64,000 nt of DNA, from NCBI GenBank assembly GCA_051382295.1, contig JBBCAW010000062.1, positions 32,001 to 96,000 on the forward strand, in the 5' to 3' direction. Position numbers and translations under genes: made by a program. Position 1 is the stretch's first letter. Each line of letters begins with the position of its first letter. The notes below the pieces were generated by a model. The model was given only the letters and a program-made list of their open reading frames with translations, was not told the origin of the DNA and made no database searches. Origin of the DNA: Bdellovibrionota bacterium FG-1. Lineage in GTDB: Bacteria; Bdellovibrionota; UBA1018. This document shows, one piece after another, positions 8,449 to 18,434 of the stretch.

Positions 8449-10677
8449 TCAGGACAAGAACAACATCTCACGATACTTAGGCAGCGGCCAAAAATCATCA
8501 GCCACGATCGCCTCCAACTCATCACATACCGTACGTACGTCGAACATCGACTGGGCCACATCTTTTGCGAGATGTTTAGCCTTTTCCTCTTCGTTGGCAA
8601 GAGCCTCCGTCTTGTTCCAACTCGTTTCGAGTCCCAGGCGTTTGCCCTGGAGATCCATAATGAGCTTAGTCACCCGGCTGAGCGTATCGCTCTGAGGGGC
8701 CCCCACTCCCGCCCCTTTGGCCGAAACCACGTTCGAGGACAACAATCCATGATAGGCATAGCAACCCGGAAGAATTTGGGTGTCGATCATATGCCTCAGC
8801 GTATCCACCTCAATCTGCAGATTTTTAACATAACGCTCGGTACGCACGTGGAACCGCGAAACCACTTCAGCTTCGGTAAAAATGCCCAACCCAGTGAGCA
8901 AGGCCTTTGAGGTTTTGGTCACGATTTGTTCAAGCGCCTCAGGAGTCTTTCGAAGATTAGGTAACCCTCTCCTCTCAGCTTCTTTTACCCATTCCTCAGA
9001 GTAGCCATTGCCTTCGAACCGAATCGACTTGGTCTCAATCACGGCCTCTCTCAGGGCTTCCCAAATGGCCTGATCCTGATTTTTGGCCGTCTTCATTTTG
9101 GCCGTCAATTTTTCGGTCATCTCGATAAAACCATCCGCGACGGCCGCATTGACCAAGGTCACCGGAAAAGCCGTCGAAGCCGACGACCCTACCGCGCGAA
9201 ACTCAAACTTATTGCCCGTAAAAGCAAAGGGACTGGTCCGGTTTCGGTCCGTGTTGTCCTTCATCACTTCCGGAAGCTTGCTAATCCCTAGTTGAATCAC
9301 GGCTGCTTCAGTTCCCTTGGTACCGACTTGGCCTTTTTCAATTTCGTCCAGAATATGTGAAAGCATATCTCCTAAGAAGGCTGAAATAATCGCGGGAGGA
9401 GCCTCATTAGCACCCAAACGATGATCATTTCCACTACTGGCCACCCCAGCGCGCAACAAGCCCGCATGTTTGTGAACGCCTTTAAGCACGGCGGCCAAAC
9501 AAAGTAAAAAACGCAGGTTCTGGTGAGGTGTTTTTCCAGGTTCGAGTAGATTTTCGCCATCCCACTCATCGCCGGGAGCCGCAATGCTCATCGCCCAGTT
9601 ATTGTGCTTTCCGCTGCCGTTAATTCCGGCAAAAGGCTTTTCGTGCAACAACATCGAGAAATTATGCCTGAGCGATACCTTACGAAGAACTTCCATCGTC
9701 AGCTGATTATGGTCCGTAGCGATATTGGCCTCTTCGAAAATGGGCGCAGTTTCAAACTGATTAGGCGCCACTTCGTTATGACGTGTTTTGACGGGCACGC
9801 CTAACTTGTAAAGCTCATATTCTACTTCGGCCATGAAGGCCTGCACTCGGGCGGGAATGGCGCCAAAGTAATGATCCTCGAGCTGTTGACCTTTCGGAGG
9901 CTGACCGCCCACCAAAGTCCGTCCTCCCATCAAAAGGTCAGGGCGAAGACTCGCAAACGCACGATCGATCAAAAAATATTCTTGTTCGACCCCCAGAGTG
10001 GGCACAATCCTTTTAACGTGCTTTTCACCGATGAGATGGAGAAGTTCACATGCTTTCAACGAAAGAACGTCCATCGAACGAATAAGTCCCGTTTTTTCAT
10101 CGAGGGCATCACCATGGTAGCTGATAAAAACCGAAGGAATGCAGAGAGTCTTTCCGTTGGCGTGCTCCATAATGAATACGGGACTAGTGGGGTCCCAAGC
10201 CGTGTACCCACGCGCCTCAAAGGTGGTTCGCATTCCTCCTGACGGAAAACTCGACGCGTCCGGCTCAGATTGAATCAGCTGCGCGCCCGAAAATTTTTCG
10301 ATAGTTCGACCGTTGTCATCATAAGAAAAAAAGGCGTCATGCTTTTCAGCCGTCGTTCCGGTTTGTGGCTGAAACCAATGGGTATAGTGCGTGACCCCGC
10401 GAGCAAGGGCCCACTCTTTGATCGCATGAGCAACCGTGTTTGCGATTTCCTGGTCAAGCTTCATTCCCTCCTTCATCGTCGAAACAAGCTTGAGATAGAT
10501 TTCCTTAGGGAGCTTCTCCTTCATCTTATGGATGTCGAAGGTATTCACCCCGTAAAATTCAGATACTTTCAGTCTTTTGCCCTGCTCATCGCGAGGCGGA
10601 TCAAATTTCCGCGGCGTCCGTAAGTTCACTTCATGACTGGCGTTAAAACGAGCTTTTGCTCCGGTTCCCATGCTCAT
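8449..10677 (-). CDS. glnA: Glutamine synthetase type III
   Basis: THYTHWFQP, EPDASSFPSGG, HEKPFAGINGSGKHNNW, NRTSPFAFTGNKFEFRAVGS, C-terminal WPLPKY; 742 aa. Confidence 0.95.
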   Translation of the reverse strand: MSMGTGAKARFNASHEVNLRTPRKFDPPRDEQGKRLKVSEFYGVNTFDIHKMKEKLPKEIYLKLVSTMKEGMKLDQEIANTVAHAIKEWALARGVTHYTHWFQPQTGTTAEKHDAFFSYDDNGRTIEKFSGAQLIQSEPDASSFPSGGMRTTFEARGYTAWDPTSPVFIMEHANGKTLCIPSVFISYHGDALDEKTGLIRSMDVLSLKACELLHLIGEKHVKRIVPTLGVEQEYFLIDRAFASLRPDLLMGGRTLVGGQPPKGQQLEDHYFGAIPARVQAFMAEVEYELYKLGVPVKTRHNEVAPNQFETAPIFEEANIATDHNQLTMEVLRKVSLRHNFSMLLHEKPFAGINGSGKHNNWAMSIAAPGDEWDGENLLEPGKTPHQNLRFLLCLAAVLKGVHKHAGLLRAGVASSGNDHRLGANEAPPAIISAFLGDMLSHILDEIEKGQVGTKGTEAAVIQLGISKLPEVMKDNTDRNRTSPFAFTGNKFEFRAVGSSASTAFPVTLVNAAVADGFIEMTEKLTAKMKTAKNQDQAIWEALREAVIETKSIRFEGNGYSEEWVKEAERRGLPNLRKTPEALEQIVTKTSKALLTGLGIFTEAEVVSRFHVRTERYVKNLQIEVDTLRHMIDTQILPGCYAYHGLLSSNVVSAKGAGVGAPQSDTLSRVTKLIMDLQGKRLGLETSWNKTEALANEEEKAKHLAKDVAQSMFDVRTVCDELEAIVADDFWPLPKYREMLFLS

Positions 10678-10765
10678 TGCGGGGTCTCCCTGATTTTGAT
10701 CGATTGAGAGAAAGAACCCAATGGCTTTCCCTACTACTATTTATAACGAGGTCTTTGAATCCGGG

Positions 10766-12700
10766 CTAGCTCTTTTGACAAATCTCGCGAACCAATCCTT
10801 GACCCTCGCTCACCCAACGAATCAATTCAGACCGAGCTTCTGCCTCCGAAACCGCCCCCGCCGAGGCGGCAAAGCGGACGGTTTCAGCATACTCAAGAAG
10901 TCTGGCAATTCGCTTCCAAACCGCCAACGACATACCGTACTCCTCGACCAAAATTTCCTGAAGCTGAGCCCTGGGCCTGGATCTCGCACTCACGGTATAA
11001 ACCTGATCAATCGCCTCGAACATCACGCCCACAAGAAGCTCATAGGTCTGAACGACCTCCTGCCAAGAAGCACCTTCGACCGCCGAACGCGCGTTGCGCG
11101 AAAGCCTTTCCCAGCTTCGCGACTGAATTTTGGCGCGTGAAAGGGACCGTTCGGCCAGAATCATTCGGCTCCGTTTAATCCAGTCATAGGCAATGACGCC
11201 GGCCAAACCGAAAACCACTAAGCTAAACAACCAGTAAATCCATCTCCACGCAGGGAAGTCTCTTCTTCCACCGACAAGTTCGGGAGGCTTGAGTCCAAAA
11301 ATAACCGGTTTCTGCTCAGTCTCCGAGGACGTCAAGGCCTTGACTCCGCCTGGCGTTTGAATGCGGGCCGGACCAGACCCAGGAGATCCCTCCGCCACGC
11401 GAATTGTAATCGGCTCTGTCGATCGAGTTACATACGATTTTTTTGCCGGATCAAAATAGCTAAATTCGAGCGGCGGAAGTATTACCTGACCGGCAACACG
11501 CGGGATCAAAACAAATTCAAACACCTTTTCGCCCACGCCCTGCCGCCCGGCCTTAGCCACTCCTTTAGAATCATAGAGCTCGACCTGATCAGGCCATTTG
11601 GCTTTGGGCTCTCCCACTGCGGCTAAATTGCCACGGCCTTCGACCTTAAATGTCAGGGTCAAAGCCTCATTAGCTTTCACATCGTATTTATCCACAGCCG
11701 AGGAAATCGTAAAATCGCCGACCCCCCCGGTAAATGAATTCGGCTTCCCCTGCTCGGGGAGCGCCTCAACGTCAATACTGAGCATCTCACTGCGATCTGA
11801 ACCCTGCTGGGGATTCATTTGACGAAAAAACCCCATAAAAGGATCTTCCTCATCTAGCGAGTTGCTAGTGCCATAATAATTGTACTTGAGTGCGGCTGAA
11901 TCAATTTTGAGCTTCCCATCCTGTAAGGGATACGCTGCATATCTCATCAATAAAGACCGCTCATAGGGAGCCCCATCCAAGATGACCCGCTCAGTGTCTA
12001 TCCGCTGCCCTAATACAGGCATTTCAAGATCTTCGCGCAGAAATCCACTGAGCACCGGAAACTTTTCAACCTGAATATTGAAGACGCGAACACGGCGATA
12101 CAGATAATAACTCACAATGACCTGTTCACCCTTGAAAACACGATCTTTGCTCACTTCCGCGCGCACCTTCACCGAAGGGCCAGAGGAAGTCCGCTTTACC
12201 GCACCACGCAGGCCGATTCCGCCGCCCCCGTATCCTCGTGGAGGAGGCGTCGCGGCTCCCGAGCCCACAACCTGAACCACCAAATCGGCGGCCGAATAGG
12301 TCTTACCATTCACAACCGCACTGATCGAAGTAATTCTCAGATTACCAGTCTTGTTCGGCTTAAGAATCTTGGTCAGCTGTTGGGTATTCTTCATGCCAAA
12401 ACGCCCGGTTGTCCCATCGTAGTACGAACTCACACTCGACCCCGAATACTCGTTCACGACATCAAAGTCAGGGGCCTTAAAATGAACATCCCCCATGCGC
12501 ATCGTCCCCTCCAATAAAAGGGTCAACTTCACTGAAACGGATTCATCGATCGAAATCTGCTCCCGATCGAGCTGGGCCGAAAACTCCACCTCGGCCGCAA
12601 AACTTGGGGCCACAGGAAGAACAAGCAACCAAATCATCGCCCAGATTTTCAGCACTTTTTCACCAATCCTTGGCATTTTCCTGCGCTTCCGGTTTTCCAT
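10766..12700 (-). CDS. batD: BatD-family protein (true start probably somewhat downstream of 12700)
   Basis: Signal peptide (PSFA-AE), FTGGVGDF, G.GNL, FSYFDP motifs, one C-terminal TM segment; last gene of the MoxR/Bat operon. Confidence 0.85.
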   Translation of the reverse strand: MENRKRRKMPRIGEKVLKIWAMIWLLVLPVAPSFAAEVEFSAQLDREQISIDESVSVKLTLLLEGTMRMGDVHFKAPDFDVVNEYSGSSVSSYYDGTTGRFGMKNTQQLTKILKPNKTGNLRITSISAVVNGKTYSAADLVVQVVGSGAATPPPRGYGGGGIGLRGAVKRTSSGPSVKVRAEVSKDRVFKGEQVIVSYYLYRRVRVFNIQVEKFPVLSGFLREDLEMPVLGQRIDTERVILDGAPYERSLLMRYAAYPLQDGKLKIDSAALKYNYYGTSNSLDEEDPFMGFFRQMNPQQGSDRSEMLSIDVEALPEQGKPNSFTGGVGDFTISSAVDKYDVKANEALTLTFKVEGRGNLAAVGEPKAKWPDQVELYDSKGVAKAGRQGVGEKVFEFVLIPRVAGQVILPPLEFSYFDPAKKSYVTRSTEPITIRVAEGSPGSGPARIQTPGGVKALTSSETEQKPVIFGLKPPELVGGRRDFPAWRWIYWLFSLVVFGLAGVIAYDWIKRSRMILAERSLSRAKIQSRSWERLSRNARSAVEGASWQEVVQTYELLVGVMFEAIDQVYTVSARSRPRAQLQEILVEEYGMSLAVWKRIARLLEYAETVRFAASAGAVSEAEARSELIRWVSEGQGLVREICQKS

Positions 12701-14507
12701 TTTGCTTTTTTACTTTAGCTTGAAGTTCACGTTCACGATTCGACAGTTCGGCCATCACGCGTTCAGCATCCTCGGGAGACAACGTCTTAGATTTGAACTG
12801 GCGTTTGCCAGACTTTGAAGGATCTGCAAACTTTTTGTCTTTGTCCTGTTTTCCCTCATCCTGCTTATCTTTCTTGTCTTTATCTTTATCTTTATCTTTA
12901 TCCTGCTTTTGCTGATCCTGCTTTTTTTCGTCTTGTTTCTCTTTGTCTTGTTTTTGCTGCTCCTCCTTTTTCTGCTGTTGGCGCTTTTGAATGAGTAGCT
13001 CAAGATTTTTGCGAATATCTGTTTCTAAATCAGAATCCTTGCTTCGCCGTGCCGAGTCGATCGATCCCAAGTAAGAACGAACAGCCCCAGGAATATCGCC
13101 CTTTTTCGCTAAGACGCCTCCGAGGTTAAAGAGCGCTTGAGCTTCTATTCCAGCGTTTCCTCGCTCCTTCGCCTTTTTGGCGGCATCATCAAAGGCCTGA
13201 ATAGCGCCATCGACCGCGCCCTGTCCCATTTGCACCACACCTTGATTAAACTGGAGCTCGGGCAACTCGGGATCAGTCGCCTGAGCGGTCCCAAAGTTTT
13301 TTTGAGCCTCGCCCAGCTTTCCCTCCTTAAAGTCCTTGAGTCCCTTCTCGTTGTTTAAATAAGCATTCAGGGATGACGAATGGTCTGTCAGCGAAAACGC
13401 AAAGCTATTGGGAGAGGAAACAGCCAATAACGCCCCTAAAAAAACAGCCGCAAGACGCCGCATTCTTCGAACAGGCAACGAAAGCTCAAGAATGAGTAAA
13501 ATGACCGCAATTGCCAAAGGCCACTGAAACCGTTCTTCGTAGACGACATAACGACGCTCAGCGTACTCACTTCTATTGAGGGCGCCCATATCCCGAAGCA
13601 TTTCTTCGAGTTCGGACTCATCGGCGGTAATATTCCAATACCTTCCGCCGGCGGCTTGAGCGACACCCATGAGCGCATCCGGATGAAAACTCGTCACAAT
13701 CGGCTGCCCACGACGGTCTTTTTTATAGCCCACCAGGTTGCCGCCCTCATCACGAATAGGAATAGGGCCACCTTTTTCAGTTCCCACACCCAGCACATAC
13801 AGTTTAATTCCAGAGCCCTTAAGCAGCTGAGCAGCCGCAAGGGCGCCTTCCTCCTGATCCTCACCATCCGACACCAGGACGACCACGTGCGAGGCAGGGC
13901 GAGAGCCCCCCTCTGACGCTTGACCCGCTGGCCCTTTTGAAACCTCTTCCGCTCCGCGTTCGAGCGCCCTGCGCGCGGTATCCAGACCAATTCCAACGTC
14001 CGTGCCTTGATGGGTCACCATCTTGCTGCTCATGATCTGCAGCATCTCGACAAAATAATCGACATCCGTGGTCAGAGGGCAGGCTACATACGAACTTGCG
14101 GCAAAAGCCACCATTCCCAATCGATCCCCCCGAACTCGGTCTGCCAAAGTCTTGATCAAGTGACGAGCTTTTTTTGTTCGACTCGGAACAACGTCCTCAG
14201 CCTCCATACTATTAGAGACATCAAAAACAACCATGATATCCAGGCCGGAAGTTTTGACCGTTTCTTCATGACTTCCCCATTGCGGGCGCGCCAAGGCTAA
14301 AACCAAAAAAATAAAAACTGCGAGCCAAACCCATACCTTGCGCACTCGGGCTAAAGGCTCCCAATCTGGAACAAGAGCGCGCCACACGGCTCGATCGGCG
14401 AATCGAGAAAACCGTTGTTGCCGATAAGACTCATCACGCAAAGCAAGCCATAAAAGGGGGATCCCCGCCGCCAGAAGCCATAGCCATTGAGGCGCTTGAA
14501 ACTTCAT
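12660..14507 (-). CDS. BatB-type VWA protein fused to a BatC-like TPR and Gln/Lys/Asp-rich domain
   Basis: LALARPQWG, DVSNSM MIDAS motif, SDGE, then TPRs, a K/Q/D low-complexity tract and C-terminal KDW. The start at 14507 overlaps the batA stop. Confidence 0.88.
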   Translation of the reverse strand: MKFQAPQWLWLLAAGIPLLWLALRDESYRQQRFSRFADRAVWRALVPDWEPLARVRKVWVWLAVFIFLVLALARPQWGSHEETVKTSGLDIMVVFDVSNSMEAEDVVPSRTKKARHLIKTLADRVRGDRLGMVAFAASSYVACPLTTDVDYFVEMLQIMSSKMVTHQGTDVGIGLDTARRALERGAEEVSKGPAGQASEGGSRPASHVVVLVSDGEDQEEGALAAAQLLKGSGIKLYVLGVGTEKGGPIPIRDEGGNLVGYKKDRRGQPIVTSFHPDALMGVAQAAGGRYWNITADESELEEMLRDMGALNRSEYAERRYVVYEERFQWPLAIAVILLILELSLPVRRMRRLAAVFLGALLAVSSPNSFAFSLTDHSSSLNAYLNNEKGLKDFKEGKLGEAQKNFGTAQATDPELPELQFNQGVVQMGQGAVDGAIQAFDDAAKKAKERGNAGIEAQALFNLGGVLAKKGDIPGAVRSYLGSIDSARRSKDSDLETDIRKNLELLIQKRQQQKKEEQQKQDKEKQDEKKQDQQKQDKDKDKDKDKKDKQDEGKQDKDKKFADPSKSGKRQFKSKTLSPEDAERVMAELSNRERELQAKVKKQNGKPEAQENAKDW

Positions 14508-15487
14508 AGAAGCACCCTCCACCAAACTCGCTCAAGGAGCTGCCCAAGAAACAGTAAAAAAAGGCCAAGTTTCAACGGCTTTTGAAACACATCATCATAC
14601 TTAACTTTTTCAGTGGCTTTGACCTCAGTTTTTTCAAGCTGGTCGATTTCTTTAAAGACGCTTTCGAGCGTGTCGTAATCCGTCACTCGATAAAATTTTC
14701 CATTGGTTTTTTCTGCAATCTGTTTAAGAAGTTCCGGGTTCAAGGCATTTTCAAACCACTGATAACTGGTCACCGGATTTCCTAAGAGTCCACGATGACG
14801 AATCGGCATCTTCACTCGTCCTTCTTTGCCAATCGCAATCGTATAGACCCGAATACCATATCCTGCCGCAAGCTCTCCTGCGGTCGCTGGGTCCACTTGT
14901 CCCAAATTATTATCGCCGTCGGTGAGCAGCACAATCACCTTGCTCTTAGCTGTCGAATTGCGCAATCGACTGATGGCCACCGACAAACCATCGCCGATCG
15001 CCGTGCCATCCTTAAGAACCCCCAGCTGGGCGTCGTGCAATGCCCGAAGAACAAGCCCATAATCCAAGGTGGGCGGCGCCAAGGTCAGTGGCTCGCCACT
15101 AAAAATGACCAATCCAATTCGATCGTTACTTCGTCCCTTGATGAAATTTTCCATCATTTCTTTGGCAATCTCAACGCGGGAACGATCAGCCAAATCCTCA
15201 ATACTCATACTGGCCGAAAAATCCATCAGCATCACAATGTCAATGCCATTCACATTGCGCTCAGTCTGACGATAGCTCGTTTGAGGCCGCGCCAAAGCTA
15301 TAATCAAAAAAAATAACGCTAAATACTTAATGACTAATAAAATTTTAAGCGGACTTTTCCGTGCCGCTTCAGCCGGAATCGGAATTGAAAAAGTCACTTT
15401 GGCTGGCGTATTGCGTGCCAGCCACCATCGATGGAGCAATGGAATCAGAGTCAGTAATATCAGAAAAGGCCAATGCGCCAACCTCAT
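14504..15487 (-). CDS. batA: BatA-family VWA domain protein
   Basis: ALARPQ, DFSASM, GTAIGDGL, LLTDGDNN. Confidence 0.9.
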   Translation of the reverse strand: MRLAHWPFLILLTLIPLLHRWWLARNTPAKVTFSIPIPAEAARKSPLKILLVIKYLALFFLIIALARPQTSYRQTERNVNGIDIVMLMDFSASMSIEDLADRSRVEIAKEMMENFIKGRSNDRIGLVIFSGEPLTLAPPTLDYGLVLRALHDAQLGVLKDGTAIGDGLSVAISRLRNSTAKSKVIVLLTDGDNNLGQVDPATAGELAAGYGIRVYTIAIGKEGRVKMPIRHRGLLGNPVTSYQWFENALNPELLKQIAEKTNGKFYRVTDYDTLESVFKEIDQLEKTEVKATEKVKYDDVFQKPLKLGLFLLFLGQLLERVWWRVLL

Positions 15488-16503
15488 GACAGGGGCCCCC
15501 CCGGTGGGGCAGACTTGATGCGCGTGATGATCACAAATTCACGGGCCTCTCCCAGCAAACGAGCGCCCTCGTCCGGAATCGGAATATGGTCGGTAAATTT
15601 AACGAGATCGAGTTTTCCAAAAAGCAAATCTAACCGATCCAAGGAATCATCGACTATCGTGTGCCGCTGCTCTAATGCGATAATAATTTCACGACTAGTG
15701 GACTCCACCGCATCAATCCGAAACCGTTCTGCAAGGTACACCTTAAGAATTTCGGACACTCTAAAGTAATGACCTTTGAAGTCGCCCCTTTTGAGCGGCC
15801 CCGTTCGTTCGAGTTCTGCCAGAGCCGCCAGCGCCACCTCATCGGCGGGACGCACCGGTTCGGGAGGCCTAGCAGGCGCAGGTTTTTGCTTAGCCCGCGA
15901 AAATCTGCGATAAACTAACACAGCCAAGACAACCAGAACAGCCAGCAATAAAATCAAAGCCCCCACAACCCACCAAGGAAAGCGCAAGCCCAGTGGAGGC
16001 CGCAAGCCCACCGGTTCTTGCGCCTTGGGATCATCCGCCTTGATCGATGATTCTACATCCATCACTAAGGGATTAGTCCTGGCAAAAGCTTTATCCAACG
16101 GCTCCCCTTCTTTGAGGATTACCATCGAAGGAATCGTGAGCTTCCCGCCCTTAAGTGGAGTCACTTTTAACCGTAGTTCTCCGGGAGACTGATTGGCGGA
16201 AGCATCCCCGTCCCGCGCGACGTCCCATCCTAAATCCATCAACGACTCAGAACCAGACGGAGGCTGAACAGTCATCCCCGGGTTAAGGCCAGGACCGCGC
16301 AAGCTCATCAGCAAAGAATCCCCAACCCGAATTTTAGAAGAGCCGGGTGAAGGACTTGGCTGTGGAATAGAGACCCGTTCAAGATCATAGGCTGGGAGAC
16401 TTAAAAAGGCCGGATCAGAATCCCCCGCCATTGCATTGGGCGTGAGCATGACCCCATAAAGCACCCAAAGGACTAATAGGAATCTCAAAATAAAAAATCT
16501 CAT
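15484..16503 (-). CDS. Bat-operon membrane protein (DUF4381-like)
   Basis: Signal peptide, single TM, A.E.T..E and DLVKF motifs; sits between the DUF58 gene and batA. Confidence 0.75.
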   Translation of the reverse strand: MRFFILRFLLVLWVLYGVMLTPNAMAGDSDPAFLSLPAYDLERVSIPQPSPSPGSSKIRVGDSLLMSLRGPGLNPGMTVQPPSGSESLMDLGWDVARDGDASANQSPGELRLKVTPLKGGKLTIPSMVILKEGEPLDKAFARTNPLVMDVESSIKADDPKAQEPVGLRPPLGLRFPWWVVGALILLLAVLVVLAVLVYRRFSRAKQKPAPARPPEPVRPADEVALAALAELERTGPLKRGDFKGHYFRVSEILKVYLAERFRIDAVESTSREIIIALEQRHTIVDDSLDRLDLLFGKLDLVKFTDHIPIPDEGARLLGEAREFVIITRIKSAPPGGPLS

Positions 16504-17384
16504 CGCAGCTTAGCACGACGGGAGCGTGCGCGAAAAAACCGCACCACCGCCTCGCCGTAATCCTCCTGGGTCAGAACTCGCAGAGCTTCAACTTTGCCAC
16601 TCTTAAATGCCGTTTCGCGATCAGTCTCAAATTCACTTCGATGATCCTCAAGCCATTTTTTGAAGGCATAAGACGAAGTATCTACCCAGCTCTCCTGCCC
16701 GGTCTCGGGATCCACCAAAATGACCTGTCCCACTTCGGGTACCTCTCGTTCTCTGGCATCGCCGACCGCAACAGCGACCACATCGTGTTTTCGAGATAAA
16801 CGCTTAAGTGCCACATCGTAGCCCGTGGCCATAAAATCACTAATGACAAACACCACGCCCGAGTGTTTCATGATCCGCCCGGCCGCATCCAGTGCGCCCT
16901 TGAGGTCGGTTCCGCGGGTCTTAGGCTGAAAACTCAGAACATCCCGAATAACCCGCAGAATATGTTGTTTGCCTTTTTTGGGAGGAATGATTTTTTCAAC
17001 TTGGCCGCCAAAAAGCAAAACACCCACCTTATCACCTGTGTGAACGGCCGCATAAGCCAACATTCCAGCGATTTCAGCGGCCATCTCGGCCTTAAGCTTT
17101 TTGGAAGAACCAAAATTTTTAGAACCAGAAACATCAACAATCAAAAATACGGTAAGCTCCCGTTCTTCTTCATATTTTTTAATAAGCGGTTCACGTGAAC
17201 GCGCACTCACTTTCCAATCAATATGTCGAATATCATCCCCAGGCAAATAGACTCGATGCTCGGAAAATTGAACACCTTGTCCTTTGAAGGCACTCCGATA
17301 ACTACCGGACATGACGTCATCCACCATCTTGCGCGTGGTGATCTCGATCAATCGCACCTTGCGGATTAGCTCGTCAGGAAGCAT
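16500..17384 (-). CDS. DUF58 family protein
   Basis: G.G..F.E.R.Y.PGDDIRHIDWKVSAR, EERE, DVSGS, ISDF. Confidence 0.93.
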   Translation of the reverse strand: MLPDELIRKVRLIEITTRKMVDDVMSGSYRSAFKGQGVQFSEHRVYLPGDDIRHIDWKVSARSREPLIKKYEEERELTVFLIVDVSGSKNFGSSKKLKAEMAAEIAGMLAYAAVHTGDKVGVLLFGGQVEKIIPPKKGKQHILRVIRDVLSFQPKTRGTDLKGALDAAGRIMKHSGVVFVISDFMATGYDVALKRLSRKHDVVAVAVGDAREREVPEVGQVILVDPETGQESWVDTSSYAFKKWLEDHRSEFETDRETAFKSGKVEALRVLTQEDYGEAVVRFFRARSRRAKLR

Positions 17385-17407
17385 CCTGCCAAACTCCTCT
17401 CATTCAA

Positions 17408-18400
17408 TTATGGCACTTCCACGTGTTCAAGGATTTTGCGAACCAACTGTTCGCTATCCACACCGTCAGCCTCAGCTTCGAAGGACACCAAAATACGATG
17501 TCTCAAGACATCGTAGGCCACGGACTTAACATCCTCTGGCGTCACAAAGCCGCGATGATGCATAAAAGCGTTCGCTCGGGCTGCTTTGGCCAAAGCCAAA
17601 GTGGCGCGTGGACTTGCCCCGACCTGAATTTGTTGTTTGAGTTGGGGCACGCCAAATTTATCGGGAAAACGTGTCGCAAACACCAAAGCTAGAATGTAGT
17701 CCTTGAGTTTTTCATCCATATAAATCTTAGCGCAGATCTCACGGGCTTCGAGAATCGTTTGAGGATGACAAACCTTACTCGCTTTCGGCGGCTGAACAGC
17801 AGACATTCGGTTCAAGATATTTTTTTCTTCAGCTAAGGTGGGGTAGCCGACCTTCACCTTAAAAAGAAACCTGTCAAGCTGAGCCTCAGGCAAAGGATAA
17901 GTCCCTTCCTGTTCAATCGGATTTTGAGTCGCCAACACGATAAAGGGGTCAGCCATCGGATAAGTCGTCTCACCGATTGTAACTTGATGTTCTCCCATCG
18001 CTTCCAACAGCGCGCTCTGAACCTTGGCTGGTGCACGATTGATTTCATCCGCCAAAACCAGATTCGTAAAAATCGGCCCTTTGCGGATCGAAAAGTCTCC
18101 GGTTTTTTGGTTAAAAATCATCGTGCCAATCAAATCTGACGGCAAAAGATCAGGGGTGAATTGGATGCGTTGAAAGTCAGCATGAATAATGTCAGCTAAA
18201 GTCTTGATCGTCAGCGTCTTGGCAAGGCCCGGAAGCCCTTCCAGCAAAACATGCCCGTCACATAACAGTGCCTGTAGCAGACGCTCAACCAGGAGTTTTT
18301 GTCCGACGATGACTTTACTCGCTTCATTGAGTACAACATCGACAAACTGACTTCGTTGCTTGATCTCTTCGGTAAGGGACTGAACATCGATAGTAGCCAT
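17408..18400 (-). CDS. moxR: MoxR-family AAA+ ATPase
   Basis: GHVLLEGLPGLAKT, RIQFTPDLLPSD, DEINRAPAKVQSALLEAM, ATQNPIEQEGTYPLPEAQLDRF. Confidence 0.96.
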   Translation of the reverse strand: MATIDVQSLTEEIKQRSQFVDVVLNEASKVIVGQKLLVERLLQALLCDGHVLLEGLPGLAKTLTIKTLADIIHADFQRIQFTPDLLPSDLIGTMIFNQKTGDFSIRKGPIFTNLVLADEINRAPAKVQSALLEAMGEHQVTIGETTYPMADPFIVLATQNPIEQEGTYPLPEAQLDRFLFKVKVGYPTLAEEKNILNRMSAVQPPKASKVCHPQTILEAREICAKIYMDEKLKDYILALVFATRFPDKFGVPQLKQQIQVGASPRATLALAKAARANAFMHHRGFVTPEDVKSVAYDVLRHRILVSFEAEADGVDSEQLVRKILEHVEVP

Positions 18401-18434
18401 ATGGGCAAAGTATACTCACAACTATCCCCCCCGT

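Noticed and set aside
12830..12990. Short tandem repeats (TCTTTA)n and K/Q/D-rich sequence
   Set aside because: Ordinary low-complexity linker of the BatB/BatC-type protein.
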